From: Corallococcus exiguus
GTDB taxonomy: Bacteria > Myxococcota > Myxococcia > Myxococcales > Myxococcaceae
Assembly: GCF_009909105.1 (NCBI RefSeq)
Contig: NZ_JAAAPK010000002.1
Location: forward strand, 477,827-541,826
Reading direction: 5' to 3'
Length of the DNA stretch: 64,000 nt
The first letter of the stretch is position 1. Each line of letters begins with the position of its first letter. The translations under genes were made by a program, and so were the position numbers. This document shows positions 1 to 10,400 of the stretch, piece after piece. The notes under the pieces were generated by a model, which saw only the letters and a program-made list of their open reading frames with translations, was not told the origin of the DNA and made no database searches.

Positions 1-317
1 TCCACAGATAGGCATAACCGTCGCGCATCGCGCGGCCGTACCCCTTGCTCGCTCCCGACAGTGTCCAACGCCAGCCGGCGTCCCGGTCCAGGGCGCCAAG
101 CAGCTCCGCGAGCCTGGCGACCTGCATGTGAGAGGCAAAGGACAGCTTCGCGCCGATTCGATTGGGTACGCTCTTGCCGATCTGGATCTCCTGCAGCGCG
201 ACGATGTCCGCCCCACTGCGCTGGAGGACCTTCGCCATGGACAGGAGGTCGTCGCCCGACTCCTCGTACAGCGCGAACGTGCGCAGGTTCCAGGACAGGA
301 CGCGGAGCGTGGGCATG
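1..317 (-). CDS. Endonuclease/exonuclease/phosphatase (EEP) family protein; N-terminal part only, gene runs off the window start
   Basis: The reverse-complement translation from the ATG at 317-315 reads MPTLRVLSWNLRTFALYEESGDDLLSMAKVLQRSGADIVALQEIQ... The LRVLSWN and DIVALQE motifs are typical of the EEP fold. Not in the supplied ORF track because it is truncated by the window edge. Confidence 0.6.
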
Positions 318-584
318 GCCTTGATCGAGTGTTCGTGCGCGATGTCCGGCGGAGCGGACAATCTAGCGTGGGCACGCTCGACGGCTCAAGCGGAGCGGCT
401 CCGGCGTCCGCGTTCCAGGTCCTGCTCACCCCAGCTGTCCGAGGGGGCTTGGAGCTCGGCCGCGCGCGTCGTGGACGCTTTCGGGTGGGATAGGGTGGGA
501 CGAGACGGAGCGTACGACGTCGGCCGACCAGACGGGCTTGCGCGCGGAGGCTGGGGCCCCCTTCACCTCCCACCTTCTGGCGGC

Positions 585-1385
585 ATGAGGTATGGATGGC
601 GCCGCATGCTTCGCAACCTCCGTGAGCTCTACCAGTACCGGGGCCTCCTGCTCAGCCTGACCCAGCGCGAGCTGAAGGCGCGGTACCGGAACTCGGTGCT
701 CGGCTTCTTCTGGACGTTCCTCAACCCGATGCTCCAGATGGGCGTCTACTCGCTGCTCTTCACCGTCTACATGCGGCAGAAGATCCCCGGCTACACGTTC
801 TTCGTCTTCATCGGTCTGCTCCCGTGGATCTGGTTCTCCACGTCGCTGGGGACGGGGGCCAGCGCCATCAGTGATCGGCGCGACCTGCTCACCAAGGTGC
901 GCTTCCCCGCGCAGGTGCTGCCGGCCACGGTGGTGGTGACCAACCTGTGCAACTACGTGCTGTCCCTGCCGCTGATGGTCGCGCTGGGGCTGCTGCTGGG
1001 CTACGTGCCCAGCTGGCACGTGGTGGCGTTCCCGGTGGTGCTGCTCACCCAGCTGTGCATGACGGTGGCGCTGGTCTACATCGTGTCCGCGCTCAACGTG
1101 ACGTTCCGGGACCTGCAGCAGATCATCGCCAACCTGCTGACGATGTGGTTCTTCGTCACGCCGGTGTTCTACCGGGTGGACTCGCTGCCGGAGGTGGCCC
1201 GGGGGCCTATCGTCCTGCTCAACCCCATGGCGGTGATGGTGACGTCGTACCAGTCCATCTTCTACGAACACCAGCTGCCGCAGCCCGGCCCGCTCCTGAT
1301 GTGGATGGGCATCTCCCTGGCGCTGTTGTGGATCGCGGCCGGCATCTTCGAGCGCCGTCGCGAGGACTTCGCGGAGTTCATATGA
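585..1385 (+). CDS. wzm: ABC-2 type polysaccharide export permease (Wzm/KpsM/TagG-like)
   Basis: MRYGWRRMLRNLRELYQYRGLLLSLTQRELKARYRNSVLGFFWTFLNPMLQM... is a classic ABC-2 N-terminus followed by six predicted TM segments. The internal ATG at 585 was chosen over the ORF start at 162 because the upstream part overlaps the EEP gene in antisense. The stop overlaps the wzt start (ATGA). Confidence 0.85.
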   Translation: MRYGWRRMLRNLRELYQYRGLLLSLTQRELKARYRNSVLGFFWTFLNPMLQMGVYSLLFTVYMRQKIPGYTFFVFIGLLPWIWFSTSLGTGASAISDRRDLLTKVRFPAQVLPATVVVTNLCNYVLSLPLMVALGLLLGYVPSWHVVAFPVVLLTQLCMTVALVYIVSALNVTFRDLQQIIANLLTMWFFVTPVFYRVDSLPEVARGPIVLLNPMAVMVTSYQSIFYEHQLPQPGPLLMWMGISLALLWIAAGIFERRREDFAEFI

Positions 1386-2692
1386 CCAGCGCCATCGCGT
1401 CTCCGGACGCCATCGTGCTCCGCAACGTGGTGAAGAGCTTCCGGAAGAGCACCATCCGGCGCGAGTACACCACCATCAAGTCGGAGCTCATCCGCCTCCT
1501 GCGTGGCCAGCGCGACACGGACGGCAAGTCCATGATCGAAGCGCTCCGGGGCATTGACCTGGTGGTGCCCCGCGGCAAGACGGTGGGCATCATCGGGCGC
1601 AACGGCTCCGGCAAGAGCACGCTGCTCAAGCTCATCTCCGGCATCTACACGCCGACCACGGGCACCATCGACATCAACGGGCGCATCAGCGCGCTGTTGG
1701 ACCTGGGCGCGGGCTTCCACCCGGACTTCTCTGGCCGGGAGAACATCCTCATCAACGGCATCATCCTGGGGATGTCGCGCGCGGAGGTGAAGGCGCGCAT
1801 GGAGGAGATCATCTCCTTCAGCGAGCTGGGCGACTTCATCGACGAGCCGGTGCGCACCTACTCCAGCGGCATGTACATGCGCCTGGCGTTCTCCGTGGCC
1901 ACGCACGTGGATCCGGACATCCTCATCATCGACGAGATCCTCGCCGTCGGTGACGAGCACTTCGGCAAGAAGAGCCTGGCGAAGATGACGGAGTTCAAGC
2001 GGGCCGGGAAGACCATCGTCATCGTCACCCACGACCTGGGGACGCTGGAGCGCTGGTGCGACCTGGGCGCGTGGATCGACGCCGGGCGCATCCGCGAGTT
2101 CGGTCCGCCCGCGGACGTCATCCGCAGCTACCGCCGCGCGGTGGCGCTGGCGGAAGAGCGCGGCATGTCCATGGAGGCGCCCGCGTTGGCGTCGGACGGT
2201 GGTGCGCTGCCATCGCTGGCGGCACCCCAGGCCGAACCGTCTCCGCTCACCGTGGACGCGGTGCGGCTGCTGGGCCGGGACGGCGCGGCGGTGGAGTTCG
2301 TGGACACCGAGGACGGCTTGGAGCTGAGCGTGGCGTACACCGCGCGCACGCCCGCGCCGGAGCTGGGCCTGGGGCTGGAGCTCTCCCGGGCGGACGGGGT
2401 GCTGGTGCACGCCACGGACACGTTCGCGGAGGACGTGCCCTTCTGCGCGGCGGCGGCCGGCAGCGGGACGGTGCGCTTCGTGGTGGACCGGCTGGGCCTC
2501 ACCGCGGGGCGCTATGCGTTCACGGTGGTGGTGCGCGACCGGGCGGGGCAGGTGCTCGAGAAGCGCGAGGCGGTGTGCTCCTTCGAGGTGCGCTCCAGCG
2601 TGCGGGACGGAGGCCTGACGCGGCCTCCGCACCGGTGGATCGTGGAGGGCGCCGCGGCTCGCGTGGCGCCAGTGCGAGACGTCGGCTCGTGA
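1382..2692 (+). CDS. wzt: O-antigen export ABC transporter ATP-binding protein (Wzt) with a ~190-aa C-terminal extension (putative glycan-binding domain)
   Basis: It has Walker A GRNGSGKST, signature YSSGMYMRLAF, Walker B ILIIDE and an H-loop VTHD. About 190 residues follow the nucleotide-binding domain. The start is coupled to the wzm stop. Confidence 0.85.
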   Translation: MTSAIASPDAIVLRNVVKSFRKSTIRREYTTIKSELIRLLRGQRDTDGKSMIEALRGIDLVVPRGKTVGIIGRNGSGKSTLLKLISGIYTPTTGTIDINGRISALLDLGAGFHPDFSGRENILINGIILGMSRAEVKARMEEIISFSELGDFIDEPVRTYSSGMYMRLAFSVATHVDPDILIIDEILAVGDEHFGKKSLAKMTEFKRAGKTIVIVTHDLGTLERWCDLGAWIDAGRIREFGPPADVIRSYRRAVALAEERGMSMEAPALASDGGALPSLAAPQAEPSPLTVDAVRLLGRDGAAVEFVDTEDGLELSVAYTARTPAPELGLGLELSRADGVLVHATDTFAEDVPFCAAAAGSGTVRFVVDRLGLTAGRYAFTVVVRDRAGQVLEKREAVCSFEVRSSVRDGGLTRPPHRWIVEGAAARVAPVRDVGS

Positions 2693-3540
2693 GCGGCCCT
2701 GCTTCGGCGAATGGGGGAGGGCCGGGCATCTGGCTGGGTATCGTGCTTTACCGGAACCCGGAGCGGGAGCTGGAGCGACTGTGGGAGTCGCTCCGGTGGA
2801 ACCGCGAGGTCCCGGGTGCGCCCGCGTTCCGGGTCGTCTGGATGGACAACTCGCCGGACGACACGCTGCGCGCGCGGGTGGCGCGGCTGGACGCTAAAGC
2901 GGACTACCGGCACGCCGGGAGGAACCTGGGCTTCGGGGCCGCGCACAACCGGCTGATGACGGAGGCCTTCGGCTCGGGTGGGGCGCGGTACTACGTCTGT
3001 GTGAACCCGGATGGACTCCTGCACCCGGACTGCGTGCGGGAGCTGGCGCGGGTGGCGGATCAGCGGGCGGACACGGGGCTGGTGGAGGCCCGGTTGTTCC
3101 CGGACGAGCACCCCAAGCCGTACCATCCTGCGACGGGCGAGACGCCCTGGTGCAGCGGCTGCGTGCTGCTGGTGACGAAGAAGCTGCACGCGACGGTGGG
3201 TGGCTTCGACGAGCGCTTCTTCATGTACTGCGAGGACGTGGACCTGTCGTGGCGGGCGAGGGCCTCCGGGCTGTCCATCCGGGTGGCGCCCTCCGCGCTG
3301 GTGCACCACTACACCGTCACCCGGGAAGAGAGCCCGGTGCGCGAGCGGATGGTCCGCCGCAGCGCGGCCCTGCTCGGGGCGAAGTACGGTGACGCGGCCT
3401 TCACGAACGCCCGCCTGCGGGAGTACGCGCAGCTGGGCGGCGAGCCATTCCAGACGCCCGACATCCTCAAGCCCGGGCGGCGGCTCGCGGGCATCGCGGA
3501 CTTCAGGCACCATCTGGAGTTCGCTCGGAGGCGCTGGTGA
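2689..3540 (+). CDS. Glycosyltransferase family 2 (rhamnosyltransferase-like)
   Basis: A GTG start overlaps the wzt stop (GTGA). The GT2 hallmarks are MDNSPDD, ...YYVCVNPDGLL... and CEDVDLSWR (the DxD/ED region typical of WbbL-like GT2). Confidence 0.65.
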   Translation: MSGPASANGGGPGIWLGIVLYRNPERELERLWESLRWNREVPGAPAFRVVWMDNSPDDTLRARVARLDAKADYRHAGRNLGFGAAHNRLMTEAFGSGGARYYVCVNPDGLLHPDCVRELARVADQRADTGLVEARLFPDEHPKPYHPATGETPWCSGCVLLVTKKLHATVGGFDERFFMYCEDVDLSWRARASGLSIRVAPSALVHHYTVTREESPVRERMVRRSAALLGAKYGDAAFTNARLREYAQLGGEPFQTPDILKPGRRLAGIADFRHHLEFARRRW

Positions 3541-4958
3541 ACGCTCTATCCGAAGGGGCGCCTCCGTCCGCCGTGTCCGCGCGGTGGATGGAGCTGGTGC
3601 TGTCGCGTGCGCACGCGGGCGCGTCGGTGTGCCTGGTGGGCGCGTCGCCAGCGCTGGCGGAGGCCCTGCGGGCTCGGGGCGGCTCCGTGCGGGAGCTGCC
3701 CGGGCCGGAGTGGAAGCGGGGCAAGGGACCCGCTCCGACGCTCGTGGTGCTGGAGGGCGACGCGGTCGAGCGGGTGCTGGAGGAAGGGCTGGAGGCGCTG
3801 CGGCGCGAGGCACCGGGGGCGGAGTTGGTGTTCAGCCTGCGCAACGCCGGTTCGGCGCGGGCGCTGATGGGCGCGCTGACGGGCGAGGCGCCGGTGCGCG
3901 CGGGGCTCTCCGAACAGCGGATGCTGCGGCTGCTGTCCGAGGCCGGCTACCGCGTGGCGCATCGTGAGGTGGTGCCGTGCGCGTCTGGGGGCACGGCGCT
4001 GGCGGAGGACACCGCGCAGGCTCTGCGGGCGTTGCTGGCCCAGCTGTCGCCGTCCACGCAGGTGGAGGAGGGGCTCTACGTCGCGGTGCCGGATGGGCCC
4101 GTGCGCGCGCCAGTGGCGGGGCTGCTCAGCGTCGTCGTCACGGTGGATCCGGGGACTCGGGACGCGGCACTCGATGAGGCCCTCTTCGCGCTGGCCTGTC
4201 AGGAGCAGCAGCCGCTGGAGCTGCTGCTCGCGGCGCCCGAGGGCGTGGACTTGTCCGCCGCGGAGGCTGCGCTGGAGCGCTACGGCAGGCTGGGGTCGTT
4301 CCAGGCTCGCACCGTGCGCGCGCCCTCGGGGGCTCTGTACGCGGAAGCCGTGCGCGAGGCCCGGGGACAGTATCTGGCGTTCGTGGATGCTCGGTGCCTG
4401 GTGTACCCGCGGCACTACTTGGAGTTGGTGCGCGCGCTCCAGACGGGCCGCGAGGCCTGGGCGTTGGCGCGGGCGTTCCGCACCGAGTGGGCGTCCGGTG
4501 CGGGGACCCCGCCGTATGTACGCGCGAAGGTGCCGTTCCCGCTGGGTGAGCGGCTGGAGGTGGAGCACCTGGTGATCCACCCGGAGCTCGTCCACGCGAT
4601 GGTGATCGACCGGAGTCGCATCGGGCCCTTCCCGGTGGCGATGGAGTCGGGACTCGGGGACCTGCCCGCGCGGCTGGGGGCGCTGTTTCCTCCGGTGTTC
4701 CTGGGCGGCATCGCCTCGTGCGAGGTACGCGGGCCGCGCGAGCCGCCGGCCGTCGCCGTGGCTCCGGGGACCTGGCTGGTGCGCCCCCTGGATGCCTGGG
4801 TGGATGTCGTGGCGCGGATCCGCGAAGAGACGCTCCAGGCCCGGGAGTTCCGCCACCGGGTGGTGGACATGCTGAATGCCCGCGTCCACGGCATCCCCTG
4901 GGTCCACGGCACGCTCAAGGCCCTGGCGAACCGGCTCAAATCCGGCAGCGGGCGCTGA
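3537..4958 (+). CDS. Hypothetical protein: N-terminal Rossmann/methyltransferase-like region plus a degenerate GT2-like domain
   Basis: The GTG start overlaps the upstream stop (GTGA). VCLVGASPALAEALRARGGSVRELPG resembles a nucleotide-binding fold. LLSVVVTV...ELLLAAPEG...GQYLAFVDARCLVYPRHYLELV matches the GT2 layout, but with AAPEG in place of VDDGS and DAR in place of DxD. Confidence 0.5.
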   Translation: MNALSEGAPPSAVSARWMELVLSRAHAGASVCLVGASPALAEALRARGGSVRELPGPEWKRGKGPAPTLVVLEGDAVERVLEEGLEALRREAPGAELVFSLRNAGSARALMGALTGEAPVRAGLSEQRMLRLLSEAGYRVAHREVVPCASGGTALAEDTAQALRALLAQLSPSTQVEEGLYVAVPDGPVRAPVAGLLSVVVTVDPGTRDAALDEALFALACQEQQPLELLLAAPEGVDLSAAEAALERYGRLGSFQARTVRAPSGALYAEAVREARGQYLAFVDARCLVYPRHYLELVRALQTGREAWALARAFRTEWASGAGTPPYVRAKVPFPLGERLEVEHLVIHPELVHAMVIDRSRIGPFPVAMESGLGDLPARLGALFPPVFLGGIASCEVRGPREPPAVAVAPGTWLVRPLDAWVDVVARIREETLQAREFRHRVVDMLNARVHGIPWVHGTLKALANRLKSGSGR

Positions 4959-4962
4959 GACG

Positions 4963-7287
4963 ATGGGCACCGCCGACAGTGACGGCCCAAGTGGCTCGTG
5001 GGAGATGCCGGACGTCGAGGCAGCGACGTTGGATCAGGCCGACCGGAAGTCATCCTCTGCTTCGGAGGCCGCGACGTTGGAGCAGTCCGACCGGAAGCCC
5101 TCTTCCTCCGCGCGGGCCGCGTCAGGACCTACCGGCGGACGGGCGCATCCGCCGCGCGATAGCTTCGTCGAGGTGCTGGGCTTCGACGTGCCGCGGTCGC
5201 ACCGCGCGCGCTGGGGCCCGGTCATCACCGCCGCCAAACGTTTGGGGACGCGGGGGCTTTCGCCTTTGCAGCGCTGGGTGCTGGACCGCCAGCTGCGCTT
5301 CGACCTGCGGCTGAGGGCGTTGATCCGTCAGCCGGAGCGGACACTGCCGGAGCTGGCCCGCGAGGAGCTCGGGCGACTCGCGGATCCGCGGCCCGTGGGC
5401 TTGGTGGGCCGGTGGCTTCCCTCCGTGCCCGGGCTGGAGGCGCAGCGGGCCTGGAACCTCGCGGTCGTGGCCCTGCTATCCAGACCTGGATGGCCCCTCC
5501 GGACCGAAGGTGCCGCGGAGGCACTGGACGCGCTGGAGGCCCGCTGCGACGTGCTGGCGCAGGAGGCCGGTGCGGTGGGCCTGCCTTTGTGGCGCGAGCT
5601 GTGGCGGCGGCAGGTCGCCTTCAATCACGCGACCGTCCGCCTGTTGCGGCGCCTCCTGGGCGTGGCCCGTCCGGCCGTGCTCCTGCCCGCGCCGGTGGGG
5701 TACACGCGCGACGCCCTGGAGCGAGAAGCCCACGAGGTCCGTGACGCGACCGCCGCGCTGGCCCGGCTGGAGCGCCGGCCGCTGATCAGTCTGGTCACGC
5801 CCGCCTGGGAGACGCCGGTGGACGTCCTCCGCGCATGCGTCGCGTCCGTGCGCGCGCAGGTGTATCCGCACTGGGAACTGTGCATCGTCGACGACGGCTC
5901 ACGCTCGGCGGCGGTGGCGGACACGCTGCGAGAGGCCGCGGCCGGCGACGCGCGGATCCGCTTCGAGCGGCTGGAGTCGAACCAGGGCATCGCCCGCGCG
6001 ACCAACGCCGCGCTGGCCCTGGCCACCGGCGAGTACGTGGGCTTCCTCGACCACGACGACCTGCTGGCGCCGCACGCGCTGGCGGAGGTCGCGCTGCGGC
6101 TGGGTGAAGCGCCGGACGCGGACGTCGTCTATTCGGACGAGGACAAGGTGGACGCGCAGGGGCTGCGCTTCGCGCCCTACCTGAAGCCGTCGCTGTCTCC
6201 GGAGTTGCTGCGCGCGGTGAACTACGTGTGCCACTTCCTCGTGGTGCGTGCATCGCTGCTGCGTGAGGTGGAAGGCATCCGCTCGGGCTTCGAGGGGGCG
6301 CAGGACCACGACCTGCTGCTGCGCCTGATGGAGCGCACGCGGCGCTTCGAGCACATCCCCCGCGTGCTCTACCACTGGAGGACGCTGCCCGGCTCCACGG
6401 CCACGGACGCCAGCGCGAAGCCCGCGGCCTCCGAGGCGGGACGCAGGGCCGTGGCGGAGCATCTGGCGCGCATGGGGGAGGGCGGCTCGGTGGAGACGGT
6501 CTCGCCAGGGCTGTACCGGATCCGCCACCCGCTCGTGGGCCGTCCCCGGGTGTCCGTGCTGCTGTCAGAAGCGCCCACCGAGGCCGAGCTCACGGCGCTC
6601 CTCGCCTTCACGGACGACCTGGACGTGGAGGTCCGCGTCCCTGTTTCGTCTCCAGCGGCTTCCTCCACCGGCAACGCCATCCGCGTCCAGGTGGACGCGG
6701 CCGCGACCCCGGGCGCCGTGGCGAACCAGTTGCTGCGCGAGGCCCGGGGCGAGCTCATCCTCGTCCTGGAGGCAGGTACGCTCCCGACCGGACCGGGGTG
6801 GCTGCGGGAGCTCGCGTCGCAGGCCTCGCGCCCCGGCGTCGGCGTCGTGGGCGCGCGCATCGTCTCTCCCTGGGGACTGGTGCTGGAGGCCGGGCTGCGC
6901 TTCGACGCCGAGGGCCGGGTGCTGCGTCCCTTCGCGGGGCTGTTCGATCCCACGCTCGGCGCATTCGGCGGCTCGCATTGGCCGCGGGACGTGCGCGCCG
7001 TCTCCAGCGCCTGCGCGATGATCCGCCGCGAGGTCCTGGAGTCGCTCGGAGGTTGGGACGCGGCCTTCACCTCCAATGAGGGACGGGGCGTGGACCTGTG
7101 CCTGCGCGCGGGCGAAGCCGGGCTGCGCGTCCTCTACGCACCCCACGCGCGACTCGTGCGCACCCGTTCCCAGGACGACGCACCCGAGGCCACCCACGAC
7201 GCTGACCGGCTCCGTGACGCGTGGGCCCGCGCGGGACGGGCCGACCCCACCGCACATCCGCGCCTCGGCTTTCTCCAGACACCGTAG
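4963..7287 (+). CDS. Multidomain glycosyltransferase family 2 protein (N-terminal unknown region, canonical GT2, second degenerate GT2-like domain)
   Basis: ISLVTPAWETP...ELCIVDDGS...GEYVGFLDHDDLLAPHAL is a textbook GT2 core. A second domain runs VSVLLSE...ELILVLEAGTLP...GLRVLYAPHARLV. The ATG at 4963 was chosen, just after the upstream stop at 4958. Confidence 0.75.
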   Translation: MGTADSDGPSGSWEMPDVEAATLDQADRKSSSASEAATLEQSDRKPSSSARAASGPTGGRAHPPRDSFVEVLGFDVPRSHRARWGPVITAAKRLGTRGLSPLQRWVLDRQLRFDLRLRALIRQPERTLPELAREELGRLADPRPVGLVGRWLPSVPGLEAQRAWNLAVVALLSRPGWPLRTEGAAEALDALEARCDVLAQEAGAVGLPLWRELWRRQVAFNHATVRLLRRLLGVARPAVLLPAPVGYTRDALEREAHEVRDATAALARLERRPLISLVTPAWETPVDVLRACVASVRAQVYPHWELCIVDDGSRSAAVADTLREAAAGDARIRFERLESNQGIARATNAALALATGEYVGFLDHDDLLAPHALAEVALRLGEAPDADVVYSDEDKVDAQGLRFAPYLKPSLSPELLRAVNYVCHFLVVRASLLREVEGIRSGFEGAQDHDLLLRLMERTRRFEHIPRVLYHWRTLPGSTATDASAKPAASEAGRRAVAEHLARMGEGGSVETVSPGLYRIRHPLVGRPRVSVLLSEAPTEAELTALLAFTDDLDVEVRVPVSSPAASSTGNAIRVQVDAAATPGAVANQLLREARGELILVLEAGTLPTGPGWLRELASQASRPGVGVVGARIVSPWGLVLEAGLRFDAEGRVLRPFAGLFDPTLGAFGGSHWPRDVRAVSSACAMIRREVLESLGGWDAAFTSNEGRGVDLCLRAGEAGLRVLYAPHARLVRTRSQDDAPEATHDADRLRDAWARAGRADPTAHPRLGFLQTP

Positions 7288-7437
7288 AAATGAACAGCGA
7301 ACGCGCCTCCTCCCATGGGGAGCGGGCGGGCTGCCAGCCTTGACGCTCCCGGAGGGGGGTGACATGGAGGACATCCGCCAAGGAGAGGGGGGCGTGCCTT
7401 GCCTGCAGCGAGGGTCGGCCTTCCGGACGCCACCAAC

Positions 7438-10400
7438 ATGCATCCACAGCTCAATCCCCTGGAACACCCCCTCTGCCTCACGCAGCCCCTGCGGCTGCTG
7501 GCCTCCTCAGCCTGGGTGGAGCACGTCCCGTTCGCGATGTTCCTGATGGACCTGCTGCGTCCCGCGACGCTGGTGGAGCTGGGTGCGCACACCGGCGTGT
7601 CCTACTCCGCGTTCTGCCAGGCGGTGGACGCGCTGAAGCTGGAGACGCGCTGCCACGCGGTGGACACCTGGCAGGGCGACCCGCACGCGGGTTTCTACGG
7701 GGCGGACGTGCTCGCGGACCTGCGCGCGCACCATGACCCGCTCTACAGCCGGTTCTCCCAGCTGCACCAGATGACCTTCGACGAGGCCCTGAGCCAGTTC
7801 GCGGACGGCTCCATCGACCTGCTCCACATCGACGGCTGCCACGAGTACGCGCAGGTGAAGGCGGACTTCGAGCACTGGCGCCCCAAGATGAGCGCGCGCG
7901 GCGTCATCCTCTTCCACGACACCCACGTGCACGAGCGCAACTTCGGCGTCTGGCAACTGTGGGAGGAGCTGAAGGGCCAGCATCCCTCCTTCGAGTTCGA
8001 ACACGGCTTCGGTCTGGGCGTGCTCGCCGTGGGCCCGGAGCAGCCGGAAGGGATGCTCGCGCTGACGAGCACCCGGGACGCGGAACGTGAACACGTGCGG
8101 CAGGCCTTCGCCACGCTGGGCGGGCGCCTGACGCTCCTGCTGCACCGGCAGCACCTGCGCGACGCCTACGGCCAGAAGGAACAGCAGGCCGCGGACCACG
8201 CGCGCCAGGCGCAGCAGCTCCAGGCGGAGCTGGACGCCGCCCGTGAAGTGGCACGCGACACCGCCAGCACCCTGCGCGAGTTCGAAGGCCGGCTCGCACG
8301 GCAGGGCCTGGCCCAGCGGATGCTCCAGGAGGAGCTGGGCCGCAAGAACGCCCGCATCTACGAGCTGGATGCGCACGTGGCGCGCCAGGGCTCGGAGCTG
8401 GCGCACATCAACGGCAGCCTCGCGTGGAAGGCCATCAACCGCTACTGGGCCATGCGCGAGCGCGTGCTGCCCCCCGGCACGAAGCGCGGCCACCTCTACC
8501 AGAAGAGCAAGGGCACGCTGCACAAGGTGGGCGCGAAGCTGATCAAGCTGCCCGCGAAGCAGGGAGCGCTCAAGGCACTGCGCGCCGCCAAGGCCGCCCT
8601 CACGCCGGCCACCCCCGCCGCGCCCACCGCCTCCATCTCCGCGGCCGTGGCCCCGAGCGCACCGCTCGCGCCCCCGGCTCCGTGGACCGCGCCGCTGACG
8701 CAGCTCTCCCAGTCCAGCCTGGGCCGGCGCATCCTGATCATCGCGGAGCTGTCGCTGCCCCAGTGCAAGCGCTACCGCGTGGATCAGAAGGTCGCCATGT
8801 TCCACCGGCTCGGGTACGACGTCACCGTCCTGCGCTGGAACGACCACGAGGAGTGCAAGGCCGCGCTCCAGTTCCACGGCCTGGTCATCTACTACCGGGT
8901 GCCCGCGTTCCCTGGCGTGGAGGAGCTGCTGGCGGAGACCAAGCGCCTGGGCGTCCCGCACTTCTTCGACGTCGACGACCTCATCTTCGACGTGGAGGAG
9001 TACCAGAAGAACACCAACGTGCAGCGGCTGCCGGAGAACGAGCGCGAGCTGCTGCTCAACGGCGCGAAGCTCTACCGCAAGGCGCTCAGCCTGTGTGAGC
9101 ACGCCATCGCCAGCACGCCCACCATCGCGGAGCAGATGGCCCGCGTCATCTCCGGCAAGGTCTACGTCGTCGAGAACTGCCTGGACGACGGCATCCTGGA
9201 GCTGGCCCGGGAGATGGAAGCGCGCCCGCCCGCGGTGGACGCGGACACGGTCACCATCGGCTACGGCAGCGGCACCCGCACGCACGACGCCGACTTCGCC
9301 ATCGCCGCGGACGCCATCCTCGCGGTGATGGAGCGCCACCCGAACGTGCGCCTGGCCATCCACGGCTTCCTGGAGCTGCCGGCGGGCTTCGAGCGCTTCT
9401 CCGACCGCGTCTTCCGCATCCCGTTCCTGGACGCGGACGACTACCTGCGCGCGCTCGCGTCCTGGCAGATCTCCATCGCGCCGCTGGAGACGACGGTCTT
9501 CAACGACGCCAAGAGCAACATCAAGTTCATCGAGGCGTCCATCTTCCGCGTGCCCGCGGTGTGCTCCGGCTCCGGGCCGTTCCGGGAGATCATCGACCAC
9601 GGCCGCAACGGCTTCGTCGCCACCACCCGTGAGGAGTGGGAGTCCGGGCTGTCCGCGCTGGTGCAGGACGCGTCGCTGCGCAAGCGCATGGGCGAGGAGG
9701 CCCACCGCAGCGTGATGGCGCGCTACCACCCGGCGGTGGTGGCCACGGAGCGGCTCCAGCCCATCCTCCAGCACCTGCCGCCCGCGCCGCCTCCGCGCCT
9801 CAAGGTCCTGGAAGCCAACATCCTCTTCGCGCCCTTGAGCTTCGGTGGGGCGACCGTCGTCACGGAGCAGCTGGCGCACCAGCTGAAGGCGGAGGGCTGC
9901 GACGTCACCGTGTTCACCGGCATCCTGAACTCGCCGCTGCCCGCCTATTCGGTGGTGCGCTACGAGGCGCTGGGCCTGCCGGTCATCGCCACCCAGGTGC
10001 CGGCCCTCACCGACCGCGCCCAGGAGTACCAGAACCCGCGCATGGGGGAGACCTTCACCCAGGTGCTCAAGGCGGTGCGCCCGGACGTGGTGCACTTCCA
10101 CTCCATCCAGCTCCTGAGCTCCGCGCTCGCCACGGCGTGCGCCGCGGAGGGCATCCCGTACACCATCACCGTGCATGACGCGTGGTGGCTGTGCGAGCGG
10201 CAGTTCATGGTCCGCGAGGACGCCACGTACTGCGGCCAGAAGGGCATCGACCTGCGCGTGTGCACCAAGTGCGTGCCGGACTCGCGCTTCACCTTCAAGC
10301 GCACGTTCGCCCTGCGCAAGGTGCTGGACGGCGCGGCCCTGCTGATGGCGCCCAGCGAGTTCCAGCGCCAGCTCTACATCGCCAACGGCGTCGTGCCGGA

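Noticed and set aside
162-584. N-terminal extension of the wzm ORF
   Set aside because: It overlaps, in antisense, the N-terminus of the EEP gene on the minus strand. ABC-2 similarity begins only at MRYGWRRM (585).
1262-2632. 456-aa minus-strand ORF
   Set aside because: Antisense to wzt, with low-complexity H/R/A-rich translation.
3546-4970. 474-aa minus-strand ORF
   Set aside because: Antisense to the 3537-4958 gene, which is translationally coupled to the upstream operon. The composition is dominated by R/P/G/H.
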